A stretch of DNA of 64,000 bases, from contig NC_043023.1 in NCBI RefSeq assembly GCF_006345805.1, positions 7,998,001 to 8,062,000 of the forward strand, in the 5' to 3' direction. Each line of letters starts with the position of its first letter. The first letter of the stretch is position 1. Positions 1 through 11,372 of the stretch are shown piece by piece. The position numbers and the translations under genes are program-made. Source of the DNA: Octopus sinensis (taxonomy: Eukaryota). The notes under the pieces were generated by a model. That model had not been told where the DNA came from and made no database searches. It saw only the letters and a list, made by a program, of their open reading frames with translations.

Positions 1-171
1 CATCATCATCCTTCAGCGATAGCTTTTCTTTATATGCTGTGATGGGGGGACAGTTTGACATGAGCTGGCAAGCCCTAATGCTGCACTAGGTTCCAGTCTG
101 ATTTGTTTTGGTTGCTTTGGATGTATTCTCCTAATATTAACCAGTTTACATTTTATGCTGTGTGCTTTATA

Positions 172-570
172 TCATCATCATCATCATCATTTAACATCCG
201 CCTTCCAAGCTAGCATGGGTTGGACGAGTTGGACGATTTGACTGAGGACTGGTGAATGAAATGGCTGCACCAGGCTCCTTTCTGATCTGGCAGAGTTTGG
301 ACAGCTTGATGCCCTTCCTAATGCCAACCACTCCAAGAGTGTAGTGGGTCCTTATACATGTCACTGGCATGAGGACTTGTCAGGCTGTACTGGCAACGGC
401 CACGCTCAAATGGTGATTTTTACGTGCCACCTGCACAGGAAACAGTCCAGCAGCACTGGCAATGACCTCTCTCGAATACTTTTTCACGTGCCATCGGCAT
501 ATGTGCCAGTAAGACAGTGCTGGTAACGATCATGCTCAAATGGTGCTTTTTACCTGCCACACAGCATATA
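172..570 (-). mobile_element. Retroposon with an RTE-like 3' end and (GAT)n tail
   Basis: (CAT)n then ttaacgtccgctttccatgctagcatgggttggacg…gatgcccttcctaatgcc. Copies at ~7484-7575, 9664-9870, 14542-14765, 17517-17900, 25415-25640 and 39575-39790. Confidence 0.7.
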
Positions 571-884
571 TATATATTTATAAAATTTAATAAGGGTAGA
601 AATTGATATTAATCAATTAAAACCAATTCATATTAAAAAATCCAAAGATTAAAATATTTTTTACATACAAAATTTAAAGGACTGACCACTAAAAGTTAGT
701 GGTCAGTCATTTGAGTTTTGTAGGTAAAAAATATATATATATATATATGTGGAAGGGCATCCAGCTGTAGAAACTCTGCCAGATCAGACTGGAGCCTGGT
801 GCAGGCAATTTAAAAACACAAACCAAACACCACCTTCCTTTCACTTCCCACTCTCTCTCTCTCATGACCTCACTGTCCCTCCTC

Positions 885-1509
885 GGATCTTTTCCTTTTG
901 AACGGCAGACAATTTCTAGTTAACTAAACACTTTAAAACTTCATATACTGGTAGAATGTGTCAAAATAAAACATTTTTTTCTCTTGGCTTTCTTGAGAAA
1001 ACTGTAATTTGTTTGTTTAACGTAGTTTAATTTTTCGAATTTTAACCACTGAATCGCCTCTAATTGAGCTAAAATCATTTGCTGCGTCTAAAACTGAGAC
1101 AACATCCTGTCACTAATCCTAACCCTCAATTTTTATTGTTTTTAATTGTTAAATTAATTTAATTGTTACGCATGTAAAAAAAAACATCCATTGCTTTAGT
1201 TTTTTTTTAGATGCGTAACAATTAATAAAAAAAAAATTAGGGTTAAGGTTAGGTTGAGGGTTAGTGACAGGATGTTATCTCAGTTTTAGACGCAGCAAAT
1301 GATTTTAGCTCAAAGGAGGTAATCGATTGGTTAAAATTGCCGAATTGCTCGAAATTTCAGACGAAATATCTTACAAACTATAGAATTTTCTCAATAAAAC
1401 CAAGAGAAAATGTTGTTTTATAAACACATTCGACCAGTATACGAAGTTTAAAAGTGTTTAGTTAACTAGAAATTGTGTTGACATCTGGCGTTCAAAAGGA
1501 AAAGATTCC
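885..1509. mobile_element. MITE family 1 (long TIRs, GGATCTTTTC…GAAAAGATCC), with internal telomere-like CCCTAA/TTAGGG motifs
   Basis: Inverted ends ggatcttttccttttgaacggcag…gttcaaaaggaaaagattcc. Further copies or fragments at ~1600-2333, 14760-14953, 18229-18840, 18955-19680 and 27294-27841. Confidence 0.8.
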
Positions 1510-2339
1510 CCATCTCTTTTGCTCTGCTTCTCACTTGAGCTATTGTCGCCCTTTTCAAGTCTAGCCAGGCTCATGGAACCGGTTTCTGTGACGTATGTGG
1601 AATATTTTCCTTTTGAACGGCATTTCAGCAATTTTAACCAATTGATTACCTCCAATCAACTAAAATCATTTGCTGTGACTAAAAGTGAGACAACATCCTG
1701 TCACTAACCTTAAACCTCCCCCCTATCCCTAACCCTAAATTTTTTCTCTTACTTGTTAAATTAATTTAATTCCATTGCTTTAGTTTTTTTTACACTCGTA
1801 ACAATGAAGAAAAAAAAAATTTAGGGTTAGGGGGGAGGTTTAGGGTGAGTTACAGGATGTTGTCTAAGTTTTAGATGCAGCAAATGATTTTAGCTCAAAA
1901 GAGAGCATAGGATTGGTTAAAATTCGAAAAATTAAACTACGTTAAACAAACAAATTACAATTTTGTCGAGAAAGTCAAGAGAAAAAGGCGTTCTATTTTG
2001 ACGCATTCTACCAGTATACGAAGTTTAAAAGTATTTAATTAACTAGAAATTGTGTTGAAAAGTGCAGATCAAAAGGAAAAGATCCATTTAGTGTTAGGGT
2101 TAGGATCAGTGACAGGATGTCTCAGTTTTAGACGCAGCAAATGATTTTAGCTAAATAGAAGCAATCGATTGATTAAAATTCGAAAAATTAAACTACGTTA
2201 AACAAACAAATTACAATTTTCTCAAGAAAGCCAAGAGAAAATAATGTTTTATTGTGACACATTCTACCAATATACGAAGTTTTAAAGTGTTTAGTTAACT
2301 AGAAATTGTCTGCCGTTCAAAAGGAAGAGATCCAATTTA

Positions 2340-2520
2340 TGTGCTGAAAAGGAGTAGACTTTATTAAAATAATCTGGTGTAAATTTGGAAAAACTCGATG
2401 GTAATTTATTGACAGAATGGGACAAAGAAAATCACTGGAGCGGAACCAACACGTCAGCAGAGCCATCTCTAGGAAAATTAAAGAAATACAATCATACGAA
2501 GGGAAGTAACTTCTACAACA
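2340..2520 (+). promoter_or_regulatory. Conserved candidate promoter / first-exon block of the ZNF cassette
   Basis: The block aatctggtgtaaatttg…ttgacagaatgggacaaa…agagccatct…gagaattaaagaaatacaatcat recurs at 10755-10925, 19685-19865 and 36055-36215, always upstream of a ZNF gene. Its function is inferred. Confidence 0.4.
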
Positions 2521-3220
2521 CAGTGAACCACTCGATGTTACAGTAATTATTTTTCGACGCGGGAACCTGACAATAATTAGGAAAATATATTTCTTCGTCT
2601 TAATTAATAACTTCCAAATTGAAATGTTGATATGATGCTTATAAAATACTATGACCGACTGATACATGTGATAGAACTGAAATTAATTGGTAAAACGAGA
2701 ATAAAACAGCGTAATTAATTAGTAAAATGTGAGGAGTCCGATTGAAGAATTCCACATTAATATATGTTATCCTGTTGTTTATGAGGAATTGATAAAACGG
2801 TAAGTTGATAAAGATTTACTCTAATGTTATATTAATAATAGTAATGATGATGATGATTTCAAAAGTGGCCCAGGGTCAGCAATCTTTAATACGAGCGATA
2901 AGTCGATTGCATGGGTCCCGGTTTTTTCCCGAAAGAGATGCAAGACAAAGTCGATCTCATCCGTATTTGAACTCAGGACTTTCCGCCGAGGTTGGCTTTG
3001 TATTTCATTCCATTCCGTGTGAAGAAAATAATAATGATGATGATGATAATAGTAATCTTTTGATAATTAAAACAATAACCTTTTGTGCTTTTGACCTGAA
3101 AATTGGCGGGAAGGCATAAGTGAATTACATGGACCCTAGTACTTGATTGCTTCTTATTTTTTCTACCTGGAAATGATGAAAGGGGACCTTGATGTGATAT
3201 GAACTTTGAGAGTAATGATG

Positions 3221-3953
3221 CGATCTTTTCACTTTGACCGGCAGATTTTAAAAATAATTTCTATGTAACTAAAACATTTTAAACTTCGTATACTGGTAGA
3301 ATGTGTTTTAAAAAAATGGTTTTCTCTTAGCTTTCTTGAGAAAATTCTGCGTTTTGTAACATATTTGTTTAATTTCTTGCATTTCGGCAATTTCAACCAA
3401 TTAATGACGTCTATTGATGTGAAAACGATTTCTGCCGTAACATTTTCTGGCGGCATTATATGAAAATATCCCTGTTACATATTATATATTCGTTTAAGAA
3501 ACAGATTGTGTTTATTTACATTTCTGAAGAAAAAAAGATACCCTTCCCCCAACCCTAAAACATATTGAAATGCAATAGTTCGATACTAGGATCATAATTA
3601 TGGGTGGACACTAAATAGGGAACGGTTTTGTTATCCAGCTCTGTTTACGAGTGACCCCTCAGTTTATGGCCACGGGGTATTTTTTTCTCATAAAAAACAG
3701 GGACATTTTCATATGACGCCGCCAGTATATGTTACAGCAGAAATCGTTTTCACCTCAATAGACGTCTTTGATTAGTTGAAATTGCCGAAATGCAAGAAAT
3801 TAAACAACAAATATGTTACAAAGTACAGAATTTTCTCGATAAAACCAAGAGAAAAAGATGTTTTATAAACACATTCTACCAGTATACGAAGTTTAAAATT
3901 TTTTAGTTACATAGAATTATTAAAAAAATCTGCCGGTCAAAGCAAAAAGTTCC
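3221..3953. mobile_element. MITE family 1 variant (GATCTTTTC..TTTGACCGGCAG ends)
   Basis: Inverted termini. Related copies at 10335-10734, 11545-11954, 15140-15367, 20568-21210, 35740-36040 and 37909-37990; many ends abut TA. Confidence 0.75.
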
Positions 3954-4620
3954 TAATGATGTGTAGGGCACTGCCCATGGGCTCATCGTAGACAACATGA
4001 AGACAGGGACCTTCACTGCTGGCTAGCTAGCGAGCTGGTCCAGAAAAGGGAATTCCGGTTGGGCAACATGAAGTCTTAAATCAAACATTTTTCTGAAAGG
4101 TAAAGGTGAAGTGTGTAGTAAACTTGTGTGGGTATACCAATGTTTCAATGCCTCAATGAACTCTGACCCCTGAAAACATTAACATTAAATGGCTGACAGT
4201 GTTCATGTTGTAATATTTACAATGTTGAATTACTATGTCACTTAACTATCCTCTTTATCTTACTGCTTCTTTTTCTATTTCAGAATATCACATCATGTTG
4301 ACATGAAAGAAATTACTTCATTCAGATATGCCTTTGATATTTCTATCAACTAAAGGAAGATGATATATTTATAAGGAGCATTCATCTATATATCAACGTT
4401 TCTATATAAATATAATCTTGTCTGCAATGTAGAGGAGGTGATTGCTTTACATATTTGGATAACTTTACAAACGAGTTGACAGTTTTCACCTGTTGATTTA
4501 GGTATTAAGTAAGATCACAGAAGAAAGAAAGATTGACATTAAATTATTCTTTGAAAACGTAATGCAAATGGACACAAACATATTCATAGAAAAGAAGAAA
4601 ACAATATTATTGTGATATAT

Positions 4621-5868
4621 ATGACAAATTATGCTGTCATAATGAATAATTTAACTGAACCTAAAAACCCTGATACAAGAGAGAAACTATATTTCTGTGA
4701 TGTCTGTGGTGAATCATTATATCGAAGAAATCACTTGACTATTCACAAGTGTATTCATACAGGAGAGAAGCCATATCATTGTAATATCTGTGGTGAATCA
4801 TTTTCTCTAAATGGCGCTTTAACTCGACATAAACGTATTCATACAGGAGAAAAGCCATTTCATTTTGGTATCTGTGGTAAAACATTCATTGTATGTCGTA
4901 ACTTGAATAGACACAAACGTATTCATACAGGAGAGAAACCATATCATTGTAATATCTGTGGTGAATCATTCTCTAAAAATGGCAGTTTAACTAAACACAA
5001 ACCGATTCATACAGGAGAGAAGCCATTTCATTGTAAGATCTGTGGCAAATCATTCATTGAAAGTGGTAACTTGAATAAGCACAAGCGTGTTCATACAGGA
5101 GAGAAGCCATTTCATTGTAATATCTGTGGTAAATCATTCTCTGAAAATGGCAGTTTAACTAGACACAAACGCATTCATACAGGAGAGAAGCCATTTCATT
5201 GTAACATCTGTGGTATATCATTCATTGAAAGTGGTCACTTGAATACACACAAGCGCATTCATACAGGGAAGAAGCCATATCATTGTAATATCTGTGGTGA
5301 ATCATTTTCTCTAAAGAGCACTTTAACTCAACATAAACGTATTCATACAGGAGAAAAACCATATCATTGTGATATCTGTGGTAAATCATTCTCTCGAAGT
5401 AATGGCTTAATTAAACACCAGCACGTTCACACTGGAGAGAAACCATATCATTGTGATATCTGTGGTAAGTCATTCTCTCGTAGTGGCCGCTTGTCTGATC
5501 ATAAACGTATTCATACTGGGGAAAAGCCATATCAGTGTGATATCTGTGGTAAATCATTTGCTGAAAATAGCTATTTAATTATTCACAAACGTATTCATAC
5601 AGGAGAGAAGCCATATCATTGTGATATCTGTGGTAAATCATTCTCTCGTAGTGGCCACTTTTCTGATCATAAACGCATTCATACTGGGGAAAAGCCATAT
5701 CATTGTGATATCTGTGCTAAATCATTCTCTCGCAGTAGTCAATTGTGTAGACATAAACGCATTCATAATGGGGAAAAACCATATCATTGTGACATCTGTG
5801 GTAAATCATTCTCTGAAAGTGGTGTCCTAACTAAACACCAGTGCAGGATAGAAACCATATCATCGTGA
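4621..5868 (+). CDS. C2H2 zinc-finger protein (type A1), 13 finger units plus a truncated 14th
   Basis: CxxC-x12-HxxxH units with TGEKPY linkers; unit 3 has Cys->Phe. The first ATG is at 4621 (the track's 4612 start is GTG). Polypyrimidine tract plus CAG acceptor ends at 4283. The last finger is broken by the 76-bp deletion unit (…HQCRIETISS*). Confidence 0.9.
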   Translation: MTNYAVIMNNLTEPKNPDTREKLYFCDVCGESLYRRNHLTIHKCIHTGEKPYHCNICGESFSLNGALTRHKRIHTGEKPFHFGICGKTFIVCRNLNRHKRIHTGEKPYHCNICGESFSKNGSLTKHKPIHTGEKPFHCKICGKSFIESGNLNKHKRVHTGEKPFHCNICGKSFSENGSLTRHKRIHTGEKPFHCNICGISFIESGHLNTHKRIHTGKKPYHCNICGESFSLKSTLTQHKRIHTGEKPYHCDICGKSFSRSNGLIKHQHVHTGEKPYHCDICGKSFSRSGRLSDHKRIHTGEKPYQCDICGKSFAENSYLIIHKRIHTGEKPYHCDICGKSFSRSGHFSDHKRIHTGEKPYHCDICAKSFSRSSQLCRHKRIHNGEKPYHCDICGKSFSESGVLTKHQCRIETISS

Positions 5869-6470
5869 CATCTGTGGTAAATCATTCTCTGAAAGTGGTG
5901 TCCTAACTAAACACCAGTGCAGGATAGAAACCATATCATTGTGATATCTCTGGTAAATCATTCTCTGAAAGTGGTGTCCTAACTAAACACCAGTGCAGGA
6001 TAGAAACCATATCATTGTGATATCTGTGGTAAATCATTCTCTGAAAGTCGTGTCCTTACTAAACACCAGTGCAGGATAGAAACCATAACATTGTGATATC
6101 TGTGGTAAATCATTCTCTGAAAGTGGTGTCCTAACTAAACACCAGTGCAGGATAGAAACCATATCATTGTGATATTTGTGGTAAATCATTCTCTGAAAGT
6201 GGTGTCCTAACTAAACACCAGTGCAGGATAGAAACCATATCATTGTGATATTTGTGGTAAATCATTCTCTGAAAGTCGTGTCCTAACTAAACACCAGTGT
6301 AGGATAGAAACCATAACATTGTGATATCTGTGGTAAATCATTCTCTGAAAGTGGTGTCCTAACTAAACACCAGTGCAGGATAGAAACCATATCATTGTGA
6401 TATTTGTGGTAAATCATTCTCTGAAAGTGGTGTCCTAACTAAACACCCGTGCAGGATAGAAACCATATCA
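5790..6470 (+). repeat. 76-bp minisatellite derived from a zinc-finger unit, 9 copies
   Basis: The motif (g/c)gtgtcct recurs at 5821, 5897, 5973, 6049, 6125, 6201, 6277, 6353 and 6429 (period 76 = 84-8). Confidence 0.95.
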
Positions 6471-6845
6471 TTGTGATATCTGTGGTAAATCATTCTCATA
6501 GAATGGTGACTTGACTAATTATAAGCATATTCATACTGGGGAAAAACAATATCACTGATATCTATCGCAAATCATTTTCTCAAAAACGCCATTTATGTAC
6601 ACGTGAGTATTCACACAAAAGTGCAACCATTCAGTATTAATCTTTATTACAACAATTATGGCTATTTTTTTTCTGCTGAAAGACAGGGCTATCTTTATCT
6701 CTTCAAATATGATGTTATCAACTTCAATTTCAATAATGTCAACATCAAATTCATGAATGTCATGAATATATATGGAAGCATATCAACAATGCCTTTGATT
6801 TCTGAAGATGATTGCTCTGGATTTTTGAGCAATTTGTTTTGAGAG

Positions 6846-6872
6846 AATAAAGAAATGGGAATAATGAATAAA
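6846..6872 (+). terminator. Conserved polyadenylation signal(s)
   Basis: gagAATAAAg…AATAAAa followed by a GT/T-rich tract. The same motif lies downstream of every complete gene (14283, 17260, 23747, 33129, 39846). Confidence 0.6.
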
Positions 6873-7833
6873 AGGTTACACTGAAGTTGGTTTTGTCTAT
6901 GTGTTTTCATCATTGTTGCTGTTATCATCATCATCCTTTAGTGAAATTTTTTTCCTTTACTGGCATGGGTGGCACAGTGTGACATTAGCTGGCAAACCAT
7001 GATGCTGCACTTGGTTCCAGTCTGATTTGTTTGGGTTTCTTTGGATGTTTTCTCCTAATAGAGTTTATGCTGTGTGCGTATGCGCACACACACATGTACG
7101 TGTGTGTGTGTACATACATATATCATCATCATCATCATCCTATGAAAAAATATATATATTTCCAATGATACCGAGGGGAAGGGGGTCCGCCACACTTTTT
7201 CCAAGCAAAAATAAGGAGTTTGCAGCATATTGTGAGGTCAGGGTACTTGAATCCATGCAAAAAATCTGAGTTATTTTGTTTGTCTTTATGAAAATCTTTT
7301 GGGTGAAAATAATAAAATTTACCCGAAATTCTTCTGGACACAAACTTCTCCGAAAAGAATTGTGACAACAAATTCGTATGTAATCGTATTCTATACCATC
7401 TAAAAAGTATTGTGATCGTAATCTATCTCATCAGAAATGTAGTCATGGAAAATTTTGAATTACAGTTAATCTACCAAATCATCATCATCAATTAACGTCC
7501 GCTTTCCATGCTAGCATGGGTTGGACGATTTGACTGAGGTCTGGCAAACCAGACTCAAATCTGATCTGGCAGAAATTCGTGTGATGGGTGAAAAGTTATT
7601 TGACCAGCGACTTCGGAAAATGGAAGAAACTATTAAATAGATAACTTGACACTTGCTCAGGAATTAAACAATGAAGATATTTATGTTTGTGGTGGCGAAG
7701 TTGTGTGATCTGCAGTAGAGTAGACTAAATTGCCTCCCACCAAGCAGATCAACTTCGTAGCCTTAGAGTAAATAGGCAAGGGAAGAGAGATGCAAAAACA
7801 AACAAAAAAAATGAGAATTATATATATATATAA

Positions 7834-8176
7834 AGCTGAAGTTGTCTGTGTATGGCAGGTTTGGTAGCCTTCAACTCACACTATCTCCTCTGAGATCCTG
7901 CAGCGCAAGTTGACCAAAATTAAGAGTATGATAGAAGAAGGCTTACTCTCCCTTCCGTAGAAGAAAAAATTCAAATCGGACCATGTTAACACCAAAAATT
8001 ATTTACATCACAAAGGTGCTTTTTCTCTATGAAAATCCCTATTTATTACGATTTTTTGACTGCTGTGTCGTCATTTTTCGGTGTATTTCAACAAGAAAAA
8101 TGTTCACTTAAAGAGGATAACAAGCTACATAATGCAAAATTTTTACTTTTCAAAAATTCCAATATATACTGCTAGT
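7834..8176 (+). mobile_element. Non-autonomous Helitron-like element
   Basis: Starts (TA)n-aaagctgaagttgtc and ends ctgCTAG|t. A reverse copy at ~24056-24410 keeps the GC-rich subterminal segment gcaacaccgggtgatactgc. Confidence 0.5.
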
Positions 8177-8912
8177 ATATATATAAAGAGCTATGTGTAA
8201 TGACTGTATGACCCAAGGTATTTGTAATCAGTCTCCCCTCTACAGGCCACCAATGTCATCCAAGTGAAGGCCAAAAGCCAATGCAGCTTGGCACCAGTGA
8301 TGTTGCAGCTCATTTCTAGAGGTGAGTGAACTGGACCACCATGAAATAAAGTGTCTTGCTCAAGAACACAACACACAGCCTGGTCCAGGAATTGAACTCA
8401 CTACTTAATGATTGTGAACCCAGCATTCTAACCACTGAGCTATGTGCATCTCTCTCTCTCTTTCTCTGTGTGTATACATACATACATATATATGAATGTA
8501 TATACAGGAGGCAGCTTCTATATATGGCTGAAATGAGAAGACCCAGAATAGCTTTTCCTATTTTTAATTCCAATATTTATAGCTTGTACTTAGCATTAAG
8601 GTTTTTAATAAAAATTACTTAATGAGTATAAGACTTTATTTAGATGTATATTAAATAAATAAATAAATTAATTAATTAATAATTTAGGCGCAGGAGTGGC
8701 TGTGTGGTGAGAAACTTGTTAACTAACCACATGGTTCAGTCTGGTATATGTGTGTGTTTGTGTTTGTTCCCCTAACATTGTTTGACAACTGATGCTGGTG
8801 TGTTTATGTCCCCATTATTTAATGATGTGTAACTGTTCTTAGAATCATGTCTATTTAAAAGAAAACTGAAGGGTCTCAGTTGGGGATTGATAAATATAAA
8901 AAAAGTCAATAA

Positions 8913-9465
8913 GGCGCAGGAGTGGCTGTGTGGTAAGTAGCTTGCTTACCAACCACACAGTTCCGGTTTCAGTCCCACTGCGTGGCACCTTCGACAAGTG
9001 TCTTCTGCTATAGCTTCAGGCCGACCAAAGCCTTGTGAGTGGATTTGGTAGACAGAAACTGAAAGAAGCCTGTCGTATATATATATATAGGAGTGGCTGT
9101 GTGGTAAGTAGCTTGCTTACCAACCACACAGTTCCGGTTTCAGTCCCACTGCGTGGCTCCTTGGGCAAGTGTCTTCTACTATAGCCTCGGGCCGTCAAAG
9201 CCTCATGAGTGGATTTTGTAGACGGAAACTGAAAGAAGCCTGTCGTATATATATATATATGTGTGTTTGTCTCCCCAACATTGCTTGACAACCGATGCTG
9301 AAGTGTTTACGTCCACGTTACTTAGCGGTTCGGCAAAAGAGACTGATCGGATAAGTACTAGACTTACAAAGAATAAGTCCTGGGGTCGATTTGCTTGACT
9401 AAAAGACGGTGCTCCAGCATGGCCGCAGTCAAACGACTGAAGCAAGTAAAAGAGAAAGAGAAAGG
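8913..9465 (+). mobile_element. tRNA-derived SINE family 1, with a tandem duplication of its 5' half
   Basis: The head ggcgcaggagtggctgtgtggtaag…ggtttcagtccc occurs at 8913 and 9090, then an internal (TA)n and a 3' gagaaagag tail. Another fragment lies at ~8687-8830. Confidence 0.8.
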
Positions 9466-9904
9466 GTTACATTCTCTCTATAGATTAGTATAAAGGAGCT
9501 AATTTTGAATTCCCATATACAAAGTAAACAATCAGGTGGGGTTGGTTGTATTTAACAGGAGAAAACTAACCAAATAAGGGAGTATGGAATTTTAAATATT
9601 GGGGACTAAAATTAATATCAAACCATCCATAATCAATACAGCTTAGATATTAGTATGAAAGAAATCATCATCATCGTTTACTGTCCGTTTTCCATGCTAG
9701 CATGTGTTGGATGGTTCGACTGGGCTATGGGAAGCTAGGAGGCTGCACCAGGCTCCAGTCTGATCTGGCAGTGTTTCTACAGCTGGATGCCCTTCCTAAT
9801 GCCAACCACTCCGTGAGTGAAGTGGGTGGTTTTTAGTGCTACCGGTACAGGGGCTGCATGAGGCTGGCAAAAAGCCCCGATTTGTTGATGCTTTTATGTG
9901 TCAC

Positions 9905-10335
9905 CGACATGGACGGCGCTGGCATCTTCCATGTTCGGGTGGAAGGAGACTGGAATAGGGTAGCCATTGACATCATGAACTATTGGGAAAATGTATACCC
10001 CTCAATGGTCGACTGTGGTCCAGAGCAGATGGCTATATGGAGAGAGATCAGGGCGGAGAGTGCTGCCAAAATTGCCAGAAGACAATGGAGGTAGTCTTCT
10101 GGTACAACATACCGTCCAGGTTAGGGCAAACCGAAGAGTCTGCCTCGAAAAGAGCCATATTCTAGTGAAAAGGGAGACATCTCAGCATGGTGTCTGTACA
10201 GTTCGAGGACAAGGTGTGGTTGAAGACCCTGAATGCTTGTGTAGGGCACTGGCCATAAATTTATAACAGACGGACTATAGACAGGAACCTCACAGCTGGC
10301 TACTTAGTGAGTTGCTCTGCAGAGAAGGGACTTCC
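9905..10335 (+). mobile_element. LTR-retrotransposon (Gypsy-like) integrase relic
   Basis: WNRVAIDIMNYWENVYPSMVDCGP..AIWREIRAE resembles the N-terminal part of an rve core; decayed. Confidence 0.6.
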
Positions 10336-10754
10336 GATCTTTTCCGTTTGACCGGCAGTTTTTTCTAGCGGTGTCATATGAAATTGTCACCCATAATTAT
10401 GACCCTAGTATTGATCTATTGCATTTCAATCTCTTTTAGGGTTAGAGGTGGGGGGAAGGGTATCTTTTTCTTCCGAAATGTAAATAAACCCAATCTGTTT
10501 CTTAAACGAGGGACATATTCATACGGCACAGAATGTTTTCACCTTAGTAGACGTCATTGATTGGTTGAAATGCAAGAAATTAAACAACAAATATCTTACA
10601 AACTATAGAATTTTCTCAATAAAGCCAAGAGAAAAAGACGTTTTATAAACACATTCTACCAGTATACGAAGTTTAAAACTGTTTAGTTACGTGGAAATTA
10701 ATTTAGAAAACTGCCGGTCAAACCGAAAAGATCCTAGAATATACAAATATACTT

Positions 10755-11372
10755 TGTTAAATTAATCTGGTGAGAATTTGAAAAAAACTTGAAGCTGGAG
10801 TTATTGACAGAAAGGGACAAAGTTAAAAAAAACACCGGAACGTATCCAACGAGTCAGTAGCGCTCTCTATTGGAGAATTGAGGAAATACAATCATATCAA
10901 GGGACACAACTTGTACAAGACATCAACCACGAGGCCAAAGTAGCTAATTAGGGAAGTTAATTAGGGAGGTTAATTACCGATCACTGAGTCGCTGTTTATT
11001 TGTGAATACGGTAAGTTGACAAAGATTTACTTTAAGGCTGTAATATTGTTGATAATACTACTAATAATAAGGTAAATAATAGAATTCTGTGAACCTCTCG
11101 ATGTTACAGTAATTATTTTTCCAAGCGGGAACCTGACGATAATTAGGAAAATATATTTGTTCGTCTTAATTAATAATTTCCAAACTGAAATGTTGATCTG
11201 TTGTTTATAAAATACTATGACCGACTGATACATGTGATATAAAGTAAATTAGTTGGTAAAAATGAATGTAATGTGGCATAATTAATTAGTAAAATGAGAA
11301 GAAACCGATTGAAGAATTCCACATTAATTAATTCTGTCCCGTTGTTAATGAGGCATTGATAAAACGGTAAGT
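10755..11372 (+). promoter_or_regulatory. Candidate promoter block plus two non-coding 5' exons (donors at 11011 and 11367)
   Basis: ACG|GTAAGT consensus donors; paralogous donors occur at 2800, 20145, 29949, 30330, 36300, 37684 and 48476. Confidence 0.5.

Larger units (their letters stand above)
1..7575 (+). repeat. Segmental duplication, copy 1 (pairs with 17347-25515; homology resumes at 12640-12950 vs 29590-29880)
   Basis: The window start recurs at 17347. Track ORFs 344/17679, 2317/19662 and 2805/20150 are nearly identical at an offset of ~17.34 kb. Confidence 0.95.

Noticed and set aside
1230-1265. Interstitial telomere
   Set aside because: Only a few degenerate TTAGGG-like hexamers, always inside the MITE family 1 body.
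2317-3119. 116-aa and 104-aa ORFs conserved at 19662-20464
   Set aside because: The conservation is explained by the segmental duplication. They use non-ATG or weak starts and overlap predicted introns and SINE fragments.
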